NCBI GenBank assembly: GCA_963555825.3
Contig: CAUVXB020000002.1
Span: 1,600,001-1,664,000, forward strand
From: Alphaproteobacteria bacterium
GTDB lineage: Bacteria > Pseudomonadota > Alphaproteobacteria > JAAXGF01
DNA: 64,000 nt
Direction: 5' to 3'
The notes under the pieces: model-generated
What the model was told of the DNA's origin: nothing
The model's database searches: none
Seen by the model: the letters and a program-made list of their open reading frames with translations, nothing else
Program-made: the position numbers and the translations under genes
Shown here: positions 1-9,639 of the stretch, one piece after another
How the letters are laid out: each line of letters opens with the position of its first letter
How positions within the stretch are numbered: the first letter of the stretch is position 1

Positions 1-210
1 GCCGGCGAGGTGCTCGCCGGGCGCATCGTCGCGCTGATGCAGGCGGCCCAAGTGCCCAACGGCATCGCCGGCGTCGGCTATACCGAGGCCGACATCCCGG
101 CGCTCACCGCCGGCGCCTTCCCGCAGAAGCGCCTGCTCGATACCTCGCCGCGCCCGGTCGACGAGGCGGCGCTCGGCGGCATCTACGCCGCCGCCATGCG
201 GTATTGGTAG
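1..210 (+). CDS. C-terminus of hydroxyacid-oxoacid transhydrogenase / iron-containing alcohol dehydrogenase (partial)
   Basis: PNGIAGVGYTEADIPAL..QKRLL..SPRPV..AMRYW resembles the HOT/ADHFE1 C-terminus; runs off the window edge. Confidence 0.7.
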   Translation, partial: AGEVLAGRIVALMQAAQVPNGIAGVGYTEADIPALTAGAFPQKRLLDTSPRPVDEAALGGIYAAAMRYW

Positions 211-218
211 GCAGCGCG

Positions 219-1343
219 ATGGCCGACAACGTCGAGCGCTTCGGCTTCGGCCACGCGACGGGCGACGACTGGCACGCGGCGGTCGAGGCCTGTGCGGCCC
301 AGCTCGAGGCGCCGGCGCGCGCCAATCTCGGATTCGTCTATGTCACCGACACGCTGGCCAGCGAGTTGGGCAAGATCACGGCGTATCTGGTGCAGCACAC
401 CGGCGTGCGCGACTGGGTCGGCACGACCGGCGTCGGCATCTGCGCGACGGGTCGCGAGTATTTCGACCAGCCGGCGGTCTGCGCCATGGCCGGGACCTTT
501 CCCGACGGCGCGTTCAGCCTGTTCGACGGCTTCGCCGGCGACGCCATGGCCTTCTTGGCGGAACGCGGCCCATGGGCGGCGCGCGGCGAGGGGCATTTCG
601 CCGTCGTCCACGCCGACCCACGCGATCCCGAGATGATGCAGCGCGTGCCGGCGCTGGCCGAGGCGGCCGGCTGCTATCTGGTTGGCGGGCTGGCCTCGTC
701 GCGCGAGACCTACGCCCATGTCGCCGGCGGGCTGACCGACGGCGGCCTCTCGGGCGTGCTGTTCTCGGACGCGGTGCCGGTGGTGACCGCGCTGACCCAG
801 GGCTGCTCGCCGATCGGCCCGGTGCGCGAGGTCAATTCTTGCCACGCCAACATTGCCATCGAGATCGACGGCCGGCCGGCGCTCGAGGTCTTAAAAGAGG
901 ACGTCGGCGAGGTGCTGGCCAAGGACCTCGGGCGCATCGGCGGCTATATCTTCGCCGCCTTCCTGGTGGCCGGCTCGGACCGCGCCGATTACATGGTGCG
1001 CAATCTGGTCGGCATCGACGAGGAGCGCGGCCTGGTCGGCATCGGCGCGCCGCTCGCCGAGGGCCAGCGGATCATGTTCTGCCGGCGCGACCGCGAGACC
1101 GCGCGCGCCGATCTGGCGCGCATGCTCGCCGATCTCAAGCGGCGCGCCAAGACGCCGCCAAAGGGCGCGGTCTATTACACCTGCCTGGGGCGCGGGCCGA
1201 ACATGTTCGGCGAGGATTCGGCCGAGCTGGTGGCGATCCGTGACGAGCTCGGCGACGTGCCGCTGGTCGGCTTCTTCTGCAACGGCGAAATCTCGCACGA
1301 CCGCGTTTACGGCTATACTGGGGTGCTGTCGCTGTTTCTCTGA
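219..1343 (+). CDS. FIST signal transduction domain protein
   Basis: VGGLASS, TQGCSPIG, IDGRPAL, YMVRNLVGID, CLGRG, GFFCNGEI..YGYT motifs. Confidence 0.9.
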   Translation: MADNVERFGFGHATGDDWHAAVEACAAQLEAPARANLGFVYVTDTLASELGKITAYLVQHTGVRDWVGTTGVGICATGREYFDQPAVCAMAGTFPDGAFSLFDGFAGDAMAFLAERGPWAARGEGHFAVVHADPRDPEMMQRVPALAEAAGCYLVGGLASSRETYAHVAGGLTDGGLSGVLFSDAVPVVTALTQGCSPIGPVREVNSCHANIAIEIDGRPALEVLKEDVGEVLAKDLGRIGGYIFAAFLVAGSDRADYMVRNLVGIDEERGLVGIGAPLAEGQRIMFCRRDRETARADLARMLADLKRRAKTPPKGAVYYTCLGRGPNMFGEDSAELVAIRDELGDVPLVGFFCNGEISHDRVYGYTGVLSLFL

Positions 1344-1379
1344 CGCAATATCCGATCGATTGAACTCGGTTGGATTCTT

Positions 1380-1497
1380 CCAGCCCGCGCCAGTCTTAAT
1401 GGGACAAGCGGGGGGCCGCCGACCGTTCGGCCAGTCCTTGTGGGATTAAGATTGGCATGCGCGGCGATTGAGCGCAGGTCACCATAGGTGACCGCAC
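1380..1497 (-). repeat. Dispersed structured intergenic repeat, copy A (1 internal 20-bp unit)
   Basis: Reverse complement matches the copies at 47466, 49817 and 63518 (GGTCACCnnnGGTGACCTGCGCTCAATCGCCGCGCA...GGCGCGGGCTGG). Confidence 0.9.
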
Positions 1498-1526
1498 CAA
1501 TGAGCAAGACGAGGAGATCGAAATTC

Positions 1527-1976
1527 ATGAGTGACGACAAGGCGCGCGCGATCGGCATCAACCACGTGGGTCTCGAGGTCGGCGACATCGCCGCCGCGCT
1601 CGCGTTTTACGGCCGGCTTTTCGACTTCACCATGCGCAGCCAGAGCGAGACCGACGCGTTCATCGATCTGGGCGATCAGTTCATCGCGCTGTTCAAGGGC
1701 GACGACGACGCGCCCGACGTCGGCCGCCACTTCGGTATGGTGGTCGACGATCCGGGCAAGGTCAGGCGCAAGCTCGAGGAAATGGGCGTCGAGATCATGA
1801 ACGGCCCCGGCGTCGACTTCCACGACCCGTGGGGCAACTACTGGCAGATGGTGACCTACGACAAGATCCAGTTCATCAAGGCGCCGGCGGTGGCGCGCGC
1901 CATGGGCATCGACGACATCGAGAAGACCGAGACGGCCAAGCGCGAGATCGCCGAACGCGGCTTCGCCGAGGACTAG
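1527..1976 (+). CDS. VOC/glyoxalase family protein
   Basis: GINHVGLEVGDI..ALAFY, HFGMVV, FHDPWGN; GAGGAG RBS upstream. Confidence 0.85.
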   Translation: MSDDKARAIGINHVGLEVGDIAAALAFYGRLFDFTMRSQSETDAFIDLGDQFIALFKGDDDAPDVGRHFGMVVDDPGKVRRKLEEMGVEIMNGPGVDFHDPWGNYWQMVTYDKIQFIKAPAVARAMGIDDIEKTETAKREIAERGFAED

Positions 1977-1980
1977 GCTG

Positions 1981-2694
1981 GTGTGCGCCAAGCCGGTCAT
2001 CGGCCTGACATTGGACAGCGAGCAGCCGGGTGGCTACTCGAAGTTTCCCTGGTGCGCGCTGCGCGAGAACTATTTCTCGGCGGTGCGCAACGCCGGCGGC
2101 CTGCCGGTCGCGCTGGCCAACGAGCCCGACGACGCCGAGGCCTATCTCGACCGCATCGAGGGCCTGGTCGTCACCGGGGGCGCCTTCGACGTCGACCCGG
2201 CGCTGTTCGGCGACAACGAGCGCCACGCGACGGTCGTCACCAAGGACAAGCGCACCCGGTTCGAGCTGGCGATCACCCGCGCGGCGGTCAAGCGCGACAT
2301 GCCGGTGCTTGGCATCTGCGGTGGCCAGCAGCTGCTCAACGTCGCGCTCGGCGGCACGCTGGTCCAGCACATCCCCGACGCCATCGCCGGCGCGCTGGCG
2401 CATGAGCAGCCCAACCCGCGCGACGAGCCCGGCCACACCGTGCGCATCGCGCCGGGCACCGTGCTCCACGATATCGTCGGCGCCGCCGAGATGGCGGTCA
2501 ACAGCGCGCATCATCAGGCGGTGCGCGAGGTGGCGCCGGGTCTGGTCGTCGACGCGACCGCCGAGGACGGCGTCATCGAGGGCATCGAGGACCCCAGCCT
2601 GCGCTTCTGCATCGGCGTGCAGTGGCACCCCGAGTTCGAGATCTCGGACGGCGACAAGCGCATCTTCGCCGCCTTCGTGACCGCGGCCTGGTAA
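1981..2694 (+). CDS. Gamma-glutamyl-gamma-aminobutyrate hydrolase family (peptidase C26, class I glutamine amidotransferase)
   Basis: LGICGGQQ nucleophile elbow, VNSAHHQA, GVQWHPE. Confidence 0.9.
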   Translation: MCAKPVIGLTLDSEQPGGYSKFPWCALRENYFSAVRNAGGLPVALANEPDDAEAYLDRIEGLVVTGGAFDVDPALFGDNERHATVVTKDKRTRFELAITRAAVKRDMPVLGICGGQQLLNVALGGTLVQHIPDAIAGALAHEQPNPRDEPGHTVRIAPGTVLHDIVGAAEMAVNSAHHQAVREVAPGLVVDATAEDGVIEGIEDPSLRFCIGVQWHPEFEISDGDKRIFAAFVTAAW

Positions 2695-2711
2695 CGGCGG
2701 GGTCGACCCCC

Positions 2712-3491
2712 ATGAGCGACAAGGGCGAACGCATCGCCAAGCGGCTGGCGAGGGCCGGGCTGTGCTCGCGCCGCGAGGCCGAGCGCTGGATCGCCGCCGG
2801 CCGCGTCACACTCGACGGCGAAAGGCTGACCAGCCCGGCGGTCGACGTGCGCGCAGGCGCCCGCATCACGGTCGACGGCCGGCCACTGCGGGCGGCCGAG
2901 CCGACGCGGCTCTGGCGCTATCACAAGCCGCGCGGCCTGATCTGCGCCGAGCGCGACCCGCGGGGCCGCGCCAGCGTGTTCGACGCATTGCCCGACACCA
3001 TGCCGCGCGTCGTCTCGGTCGGCCGCCTCGACATCGCCTCCGAGGGGCTGTTGCTGCTGACCAACGACGGCGACCTGGCGCGCCGGCTCGAACTGCCGTC
3101 GACCGGCTGGCTGCGCCGCTATCGCGTGCGCGCGTTCGGTCGGGCCAGTGACGAGGCGCTGGCCGCGTTGGCCCGGGGCGTCACCGTCGACGGCATCGCC
3201 TACGGGCGGGTGCAGGCGAGCCTCGATCGGCAGAAGGGCGACAACGCCTGGTTCACGATCGGCTTGCGCGAGGGCAAGAACCGCGAGGTGCGCCGGCTGA
3301 TGGAGCATATGGGGCTGACGGTCAACCGCCTGATCCGCACCGCCTTCGGGCCGTTCCAGCTCGGCAATCTGGCGGCGGGAGCGGTCGCCGAGGTGCCCGC
3401 CAAGGTGCTCGCCGATCAGCTCGGCGCCGCCGCGCCGGCGTCGCCCAAGCCCAAGAAGTCCCACCGCCCCGCCAAGCGCCGCAAGCGCTGA
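2712..3491 (+). CDS. rluB: rRNA pseudouridine synthase (RluB/RsuA family)
   Basis: S4 domain ERIAKRLARAGLCSRREAE, VGRLD catalytic motif, EGKNREVRR. Confidence 0.85.
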   Translation: MSDKGERIAKRLARAGLCSRREAERWIAAGRVTLDGERLTSPAVDVRAGARITVDGRPLRAAEPTRLWRYHKPRGLICAERDPRGRASVFDALPDTMPRVVSVGRLDIASEGLLLLTNDGDLARRLELPSTGWLRRYRVRAFGRASDEALAALARGVTVDGIAYGRVQASLDRQKGDNAWFTIGLREGKNREVRRLMEHMGLTVNRLIRTAFGPFQLGNLAAGAVAEVPAKVLADQLGAAAPASPKPKKSHRPAKRRKR

Positions 3492-3497
3492 ACGACC

Positions 3498-3890
3498 ATG
3501 AAATCCGTTCCCGTCGGCATCACGCTGCAAGAGAGCTTCGCGACCAGCGCCGATCAAACCGCCGCCGCGGCCGGCAACGCGGGCGTCGAGGTGATCTCGA
3601 GCGTGGCGCTGATCCTCTATATCGAGGAGGCCTGCTACCACCTCATCGCGCCCTATTACGAAGCCGGCGAGCTGACCGTCGGCACGCGTTTCGCGCTGGA
3701 TCACGTCGGCCCGGCGCTGCCGGGCGACCCGGTCGACGTGGCGGTCGCGGTCGACGCGATCGCGGGCCGGCGCGTCACCTTCGGCGTGACGGTCACGCAG
3801 GACGGCCGCACGGTAATGCATGGCACCCACCAGCGCGCCTTCGTCGACGGCGCCCGCTTCGGCGGCGGCCCGGCCCGGCCCGGCGTATAG
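3498..3890 (+). CDS. Hotdog-fold thioesterase (fluoroacetyl-CoA thioesterase FlK-like)
   Basis: VISS..LI..IEEAC, TVGT..LDHVGP, GTHQRAFV. Confidence 0.75.
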   Translation: MKSVPVGITLQESFATSADQTAAAAGNAGVEVISSVALILYIEEACYHLIAPYYEAGELTVGTRFALDHVGPALPGDPVDVAVAVDAIAGRRVTFGVTVTQDGRTVMHGTHQRAFVDGARFGGGPARPGV

Positions 3891-3908
3891 CAAAGCAGGA
3901 GGTTACCA

Positions 3909-4325
3909 ATGGGGCATCAGCGCTTTCGCAAGTTCAACACCAAGGACATGTATCCGGACCAAACGATCGACAACGACATGTGCATGATCGTCAGGTCGGG
4001 GCGCCACGTCTTCCTGCGCGGCCAGACGGGCTTCGACCTGGACGGCAGATTCGTCGGCGCGGGCGACCCGGCGGCCCAGGCCGACCAGGCCATGAAAAAC
4101 GTCAAGGTCTTGTTGGAGGAGGCCGGCGCGACGCTGGCCGACATCTGCAAGATCACCACCTACATCACGGACCGGGCCTATCGCGAGCCGGTCTACAACA
4201 CCGTCGGCCGGCATCTTGCGGGCGTCTTTCCCTGCGGCACCGGGCTGATCGTCAACGGCCTCGCGCTGCCCGAGATGATGATGGAGATCGACGTCGACGC
4301 CATGATCCCGGAAGACCGGGCCTAG
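3909..4325 (+). CDS. RidA/YjgF family protein
   Basis: VFLRGQTG, QADQAMKNV..LLEEAG, GLALPEMMMEID. Confidence 0.9.
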   Translation: MGHQRFRKFNTKDMYPDQTIDNDMCMIVRSGRHVFLRGQTGFDLDGRFVGAGDPAAQADQAMKNVKVLLEEAGATLADICKITTYITDRAYREPVYNTVGRHLAGVFPCGTGLIVNGLALPEMMMEIDVDAMIPEDRA

Positions 4326-4329
4326 CCCC

Positions 4330-5985
4330 GTGCCACGCGCGAACATACCGATCGAGGTCGGCCGCGGCCCGAACCTGCGTTGCCGGGGCTGGCGCCAGGA
4401 AGGCATCTTGCGCATGCTCGAGAACACGCTGGCCAACGGCGAGAGGCCCGAGGAGCTGATCGTCTACGGCGGCTCGGGCCGGGTCGCGCGCAACTGGGAG
4501 TGCTATCACGCCATCGTCGCCGCGCTCGAGACGCTGGAAGACGACCAGACCCTGTTCATTCAGTCGGGCAAGCCGGTCGCGGTGTTCCGCACCCATCCGC
4601 TGGCGCCGCGCGTCTTGACCGCGAACACCAACCTGGTCGGCAAGTGGGCCAACTGGGAGACCTTTCGCGAGCTCGAGGCCAAGGGCCTCATGATGTACGG
4701 CCAGTATACCGCCGGCACCTGGTGCTACATTGGCACCCAGGGCATCCTGCAGGGCACTTACGAAACCTTCGCCGCCTGCGCGCGCGAGCGCTTCGGCGGC
4801 GCTCTCGGCGGTCGGGTCGTGCTGACCGCCGGCTTGGGCGGCATGGGCGGCGCGCAGCCGCTCGCGGTCAAGATGGCGGGCGGCGTGTGCATCGCCGTCG
4901 AGGTCGATCGCGCGAAGGCCGAGCGGCGGCTCGAGGGCGGCTACTGCGACGTAATCTTGCACGACGTCGACGAAGCGCTGGCGGCGGCGCGCGCCGCGGC
5001 CGCGCGGCGCGAGCCGTTGGGCCTGGCGCTGATCGGCAACGCCGCGGCGGTCTTCCCGCGCTTGCTCGAGCAGGGCTTCGAGCCCGACGTGGTGACCGAT
5101 CAGACCTCGGCCCACGACCCGCTGAACGGGTACGTTCCGGTGGACTACAGCCTCGAACAGGCGATCGACGTCCGGGCGCGCGACGCCGAGCGCTACATCG
5201 CCGACTCGACGGCAAGCATGGTCTGCCAGGTCCGGGCCATGCTCGGCTTCCAGGCCCGAGGCGCGGTGGTCTTCGAATACGGCAACAACATCCGCGGCGC
5301 CGCGCGCGACGCCGGCGAGCCGCGCGCCTTCGACATCCAGGGTTTCGTGCCGCTGTTCGTCAGGCCGTCGTTTTGCGTCGGCCGCGGCCCGTTCCGTTGG
5401 GTCTGCCTGTCGGGTGAAGCCGACGACCTGCGGCTGACCGATGCGGCGGTGCTCCGCGAATTCCCCGACGACGCACGGCTGCGGACCTGGATGGACATGG
5501 CGATGGCGCGCGTGCCGATCGAGAACCTGCCGGCGAGAACCTGCTGGCTCGGCCTCGGCGAGCGCGACCATTTCGGCCGCCTGCTCAACGCGATGGTTCG
5601 CTCGGGCGAACTCCAGGGGCCGGTGGCATTGTCGCGCGACCATCTCGACAGCGGCTCGGTCGCGCAGCCGACGCGCGAGACCGAGGCCATGGCGGACGGC
5701 TCCGACGCGATCGCCGATTGGCCGCTGCTGAACGCCATGGGCAACATCGCCAACGGCGCCGATCTGGTCTCGATCCATCAGGGCGCGGGAAGCGGCATGG
5801 GCGGCTCGATCTCGGCCGGCCTGATCGTCATCGCCGACGGCAGCGATGCGGCCGATGCGCGTATCTCGCGCTGCCAGTTCACCGACCCGGCGATCGGCGT
5901 CGTCCGTCACGCCGACGCCGGCTACGCGAGCGCGGACGCCGCCGCCCGGTCCGCCTCGATCATTCGGCCGCTGGGCGGCAAATAA
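4330..5985 (+). CDS. hutU: Urocanate hydratase family protein (divergent)
   Basis: ELIVYGG, QSGKPVAVF, GTQGILQGTYETF, GLGGMGGAQPLA, TDQTSAHDP, RDHLDSGSV, RHADAGY. Confidence 0.85.
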   Translation: MPRANIPIEVGRGPNLRCRGWRQEGILRMLENTLANGERPEELIVYGGSGRVARNWECYHAIVAALETLEDDQTLFIQSGKPVAVFRTHPLAPRVLTANTNLVGKWANWETFRELEAKGLMMYGQYTAGTWCYIGTQGILQGTYETFAACARERFGGALGGRVVLTAGLGGMGGAQPLAVKMAGGVCIAVEVDRAKAERRLEGGYCDVILHDVDEALAAARAAAARREPLGLALIGNAAAVFPRLLEQGFEPDVVTDQTSAHDPLNGYVPVDYSLEQAIDVRARDAERYIADSTASMVCQVRAMLGFQARGAVVFEYGNNIRGAARDAGEPRAFDIQGFVPLFVRPSFCVGRGPFRWVCLSGEADDLRLTDAAVLREFPDDARLRTWMDMAMARVPIENLPARTCWLGLGERDHFGRLLNAMVRSGELQGPVALSRDHLDSGSVAQPTRETEAMADGSDAIADWPLLNAMGNIANGADLVSIHQGAGSGMGGSISAGLIVIADGSDAADARISRCQFTDPAIGVVRHADAGYASADAAARSASIIRPLGGK

Positions 5986-6100
5986 CGCCCCTATACAAAG
6001 TGTTCGGGCACAAGGAGCGACGCGGATCGGCACGCCCGCCGCGCGGCTTTCGCTGGCCCGCCGTTTCGGGTAAAATCCGCATAATTCGAGGGAGGCGCGC

Positions 6101-6766
6101 ATGGGCGGTTTCATCGAGGTCGAACTGGCCGACGGCGGTTCGAACCGGGGCTATCTCGCCGAGACCGCCGAGCGCGGCGCGCCGAGCGTCGTCGTCATCC
6201 AAGAATGGTGGGGCCTGCAGGACCAGATCACCGGCATTTGCGACCGGCTCGCCGCGGCCGGCTACCACGCGTTGGCGCCCGATCTCTACGGCGGCGAGGT
6301 GGCGCCCTATCACGACAGCGCCGCCGCCGAGGCGGCGATGAACGCGCTCGACGTCATGGCGGCGACCGAGGGGGCGGTCGCCGGCGCCGCCCGGCGCCTG
6401 GCCGCGAACGGCGCCAAGGTCGGGCTGACCGGCTTTTGTCTCGGCGGGTTGATCACGGTGCTCGGCGCGATCCGTGTGCCGGGCCTCGCCGCCGCGGTCT
6501 GTTTCTACGGCCTGCCGTCGCCCGAGATGGGCGCGCCGGGCGACATCGCGATCCCGTTCCAGGCGCATTTCGCCAACGACGACGACTGGTGCACGCCGGC
6601 CGTGGTCGACGCCTTCGAGGCCGGCCTGGGCGCGGACGCCGAACTCCAGCGCTACGACGCCAAGCACGGCTTCATGAACGAGCAGCAGCCGTCGATCCAC
6701 GACGCCGCGGCGGCAAGTATCGCGGGGCAGCGCATGCTCGATTTCTGGCGCCGCCACCTGGCGTAA
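6101..6766 (+). CDS. Dienelactone hydrolase family protein
   Basis: IQEWWGL, ALAPDLY, GFCLGG, YDAKHGFMN. Confidence 0.9.
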   Translation: MGGFIEVELADGGSNRGYLAETAERGAPSVVVIQEWWGLQDQITGICDRLAAAGYHALAPDLYGGEVAPYHDSAAAEAAMNALDVMAATEGAVAGAARRLAANGAKVGLTGFCLGGLITVLGAIRVPGLAAAVCFYGLPSPEMGAPGDIAIPFQAHFANDDDWCTPAVVDAFEAGLGADAELQRYDAKHGFMNEQQPSIHDAAAASIAGQRMLDFWRRHLA

Positions 6767-6784
6767 CCGGGGAGGCGGCGGACG

Positions 6785-7351
6785 ATGAGGATCATCGCCG
6801 GTCGGCTCCGCGGACGGTCGCTCGCGGCGCCCGCGGGCCTCGATGTCCGCCCGACCGCGGAGCGGGTGCGCGAAGCGCTGTTCAACGTGCTGGCGCACAA
6901 CGACTATGGCCCGGATGACTCGCCGCTACTCCAGGGCGCGCGCGTGATCGACGCCTTCGCCGGCACCGGCGCGCTCGGCTTCGAGGCGCTGTCGCGCGGC
7001 GCCCAACACGTCACCTTCTTCGAGAACGACGCGACGGCGCACCGCGCGCTGCACGCCAACGCGGCGGCGCTCGGCGTGACCGGCGAGATCGCCATCGTGC
7101 CGAGCGACGCGACGCGCCCGGGACCGAGCCTCGGCGCGGCGGCGCTGGCGTTTCTCGACCCGCCGTACGACTCGGGCCTCGCCGCGCCGGCGCTCGCCGC
7201 CTTCGCCGCGGGCGGCTGGCTCGCCGACGGCGCGCTCGCGGTCGTCGAACTCGCCGCCAAGGAGGCCTTTTCGCCGCCGATCGGCTTCGAGACCGTCGAT
7301 GCCCGGCGCTACGGCGCGGCCCGCCTGATCTTCCTGCGCCACGCGCCGTGA
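6785..7351 (+). CDS. rsmD: 16S rRNA m2G966 methyltransferase
   Basis: MRIIAG..RPT..RVREALFN, DAFAGTGALGFEALSRGA, FLDPPY. Confidence 0.95.
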   Translation: MRIIAGRLRGRSLAAPAGLDVRPTAERVREALFNVLAHNDYGPDDSPLLQGARVIDAFAGTGALGFEALSRGAQHVTFFENDATAHRALHANAAALGVTGEIAIVPSDATRPGPSLGAAALAFLDPPYDSGLAAPALAAFAAGGWLADGALAVVELAAKEAFSPPIGFETVDARRYGAARLIFLRHAP

Positions 7352-7446
7352 GGCGGCGGCCAACGCGATCGTTACTGGACAGCGGGGCCGGAAGCGACAA
7401 TAACAGCCGAATCGTGAGGCAACCATTGGCTGGCAACGGCAACACG

Positions 7447-8028
7447 ATGGATTTTCGACTGATTCGCCGCCTGATCGTCGACAAGCTATACGACCGCACG
7501 ACCTATGGCGTTGCCGTGGTCGTCGGCACGCTGATCAGCGCCTACGGGCACCTCTTGGTGCCCTGGATTCGCTCGGACGTGAACCCGTTCACGGCCTTTG
7601 CGACCGAATTCGGGCGCACGCCGTTCCTGACGCTGTTTTCGGTCTTCCTGGCCTACGCCTTCCCGTTCTGCGTCGGCATTTATTCGGCCGTCGCGGTGCG
7701 CTATGCGAACCGGCGTATCGAATCGATTGCCGATTTCCCCGAGCGCAAGCCCGACCCGGTGTTCCGCGCCGCGCGCGACGGCCGCCTCGTCGAGGTCGGC
7801 GCCAACACCCAGCGGATGTTCGAGAAGTACCAGATCGATTGCGCGCAGAAGATTCTGGGCGAGCAGCTGTGGGCCGGTATCGTGTTGGACAAGCCGGCCG
7901 ACGGACAGATCAGTGTCTATTTCGAGGCCGAGGGGGCCGAGTATCTGGTCGCCCACGCGCCGGCCGAGGATGGCGCGATCAACGTCTACCTGACCCGCCT
8001 CGCCACGCCCGGCGCCGCCGCCGAATAG
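7447..8028 (+). CDS. Hypothetical 2-TM membrane protein with a PAS-like C-terminal part
   Basis: Two hydrophobic segments (VAVVVGTLIS; LAYAFPFCVGIYS), then FPERKPDPVFR resembling PAS N-caps. Confidence 0.6.
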   Translation: MDFRLIRRLIVDKLYDRTTYGVAVVVGTLISAYGHLLVPWIRSDVNPFTAFATEFGRTPFLTLFSVFLAYAFPFCVGIYSAVAVRYANRRIESIADFPERKPDPVFRAARDGRLVEVGANTQRMFEKYQIDCAQKILGEQLWAGIVLDKPADGQISVYFEAEGAEYLVAHAPAEDGAINVYLTRLATPGAAAE

Positions 8029-8032
8029 CAAT

Positions 8033-8119
8033 AAACGTAAGCAGTATATATTTATGGTCACGGACAGGGTCCCGCGGGACGGTCCGTGTGAATACCGAAA
8101 ACATATACTGCTTAGGTTT
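8033..8119. repeat. ~87-bp imperfect palindrome at the border of a low-GC insert
   Basis: TAAGCAGTATAT/ATATACTGCTTA outer arms, CACGGAC/GTCCGTG and GTCCC/GGGAC inner arms. Confidence 0.75.
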
Positions 8120-8356
8120 GTGTTACGGCTCCATTGAGTACGAAAGATTTCGTATCGACATATTACGCTATTGGAGTTGACGGCGAGTCGGACAGCCCCC
8201 ATGTGCGGCAGGGCTGGCGCCTGTTCAACACGACCTCAAAGGCACGAGCGCGCGTTGATGCGGGCCAGAAATCCCTACCCCTTTAGCGGACGCTAGTCCA
8301 AAAGTGACTATCCCGATGGAAAATGACCGGATCAAAGCAACCTCGGAAAAATACTC

Positions 8357-9342
8357 ATGAAAGCGATAGTATACACAAAATACGGACCACCGGATGTTCT
8401 TCAGCTCAAAGAGGTCCAAAAACCGACGCCCAAAGACGATGAAGTCCTGATAAAAATTCATGCTACATCCCTGAATGCCTCGGACTGGGAAATCCTGAGA
8501 GGCAAGCCGGCGTATGCACGCATATTTGGTCTGCTAAAACCAAAAATCAGGATACTCGGATCTGATATAGCGGGAAGGGTTGAAGCGGTTGGCGGAAACG
8601 TCACGCTGTTTCAGCCAGGCGATGACGTGTTCGGTGACACATTCGGGTCTTTTGGCGGTTTTGCCGAGTATGTTTGTGCGCGTGAGGACAAGTTGATGCC
8701 TAAACCGGCTACGATGACTTTTGAGCAAGCTGCGGCCCTGCCGCAAGCCGGCGTCCTTGCCCTACAGGGGCTTCGCGATAAAGGGCAGATTCAGCCGGGA
8801 CAAAAGGTTCTGATTAATGGTGCGGGCGGGAGTTGCGGTACGTTCGCCATACAACTGGCCAAAATGTTCGGCGCCCACGTCACGGGCATAGACCGCACGA
8901 GTAAATTGGACATGATGCGATCGATTGGCGCGGATCATGTCATCGATTACACACGGGAAGATTTCGCCCAAGCCCAAAGTGAGCAGCGCTAGATCTTATT
9001 CTTGATTTTATGGCTTACCGATCGATGTTCGATCACATGCGCGTTTTGGGGCCAACAGGGAGGTGCGTCGTTGTCGGCGGTTCCATGTTCCGAGTTCTCC
9101 AAACCCTATTCTTGGGATCGACAATGTCGATGTTCGGGCGTAAAAAAATGATGATCCTGGATCATCATCAAAACAAAAAGGACATCGGTTTCATGGCAGA
9201 ACTCCATGAATCGGGTAAAGTCATACCTGTTATTGATCGACACTTCCTGTTAAGTGAGGTTCCTGAAGCGCTCCAGTTTCTTGGAGACGGCCTCGCCAAG
9301 GGAAAAGTCGTAATCACTTTGGACCATAGCAACACAATCTAG
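8357..9342 (+). pseudogene. MDR/zinc-type NAD(P)-dependent alcohol dehydrogenase/quinone oxidoreductase, frameshifted
   Basis: MKAIVYTKYGPPDVL..GSDIAGRVEAVG..VLINGAGG in ORF 8357-8992; continues in another frame (9010-9342, GKVVI). One extra base at ~8991 restores QRYDLILDFMAY. Confidence 0.8.
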
Positions 9343-9408
9343 CAAAGCGCTGCACCCGACCGCTGTGCCAGGGAGCTTCATAGTGACAGGCGAGCTGAAG
9401 CGCTCTCC
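9337..9408 (+). other. Degenerate integron attC-like site
   Basis: ATCTAGC-AAAGC-GCTGCACC...GGCGAGC-TGAAGC-GCT resembles the R''-L''...L'-R' layout; overlaps the gene's stop codon. Confidence 0.4.
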
Positions 9409-9639
9409 GAAGTCGGGCTACCCGGCGGGCGGATTTTCCGGGTTTGACGTCTATGCGGCTGATGCGGACGGGTATGATTTTACTGTCTGAGCAAATTCCC
9501 ATGACGGTTTGGGCCTATCCGACGGTGCTGAACCACTCCGCGTTGAGAACTCCTCGGCGTAAAGTTCCGTTGAATCGTTCGTTGTGACCGGCAATTATCG
9601 GCGATTAACAGTCCGATTAAGTCTGGAGCCTAAGGTCTT

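Noticed and set aside
8990-8992. Stop-codon readthrough or pyrrolysine at TAG in the oxidoreductase
   Set aside because: The downstream half is in a different frame; a 1-bp deletion explains it
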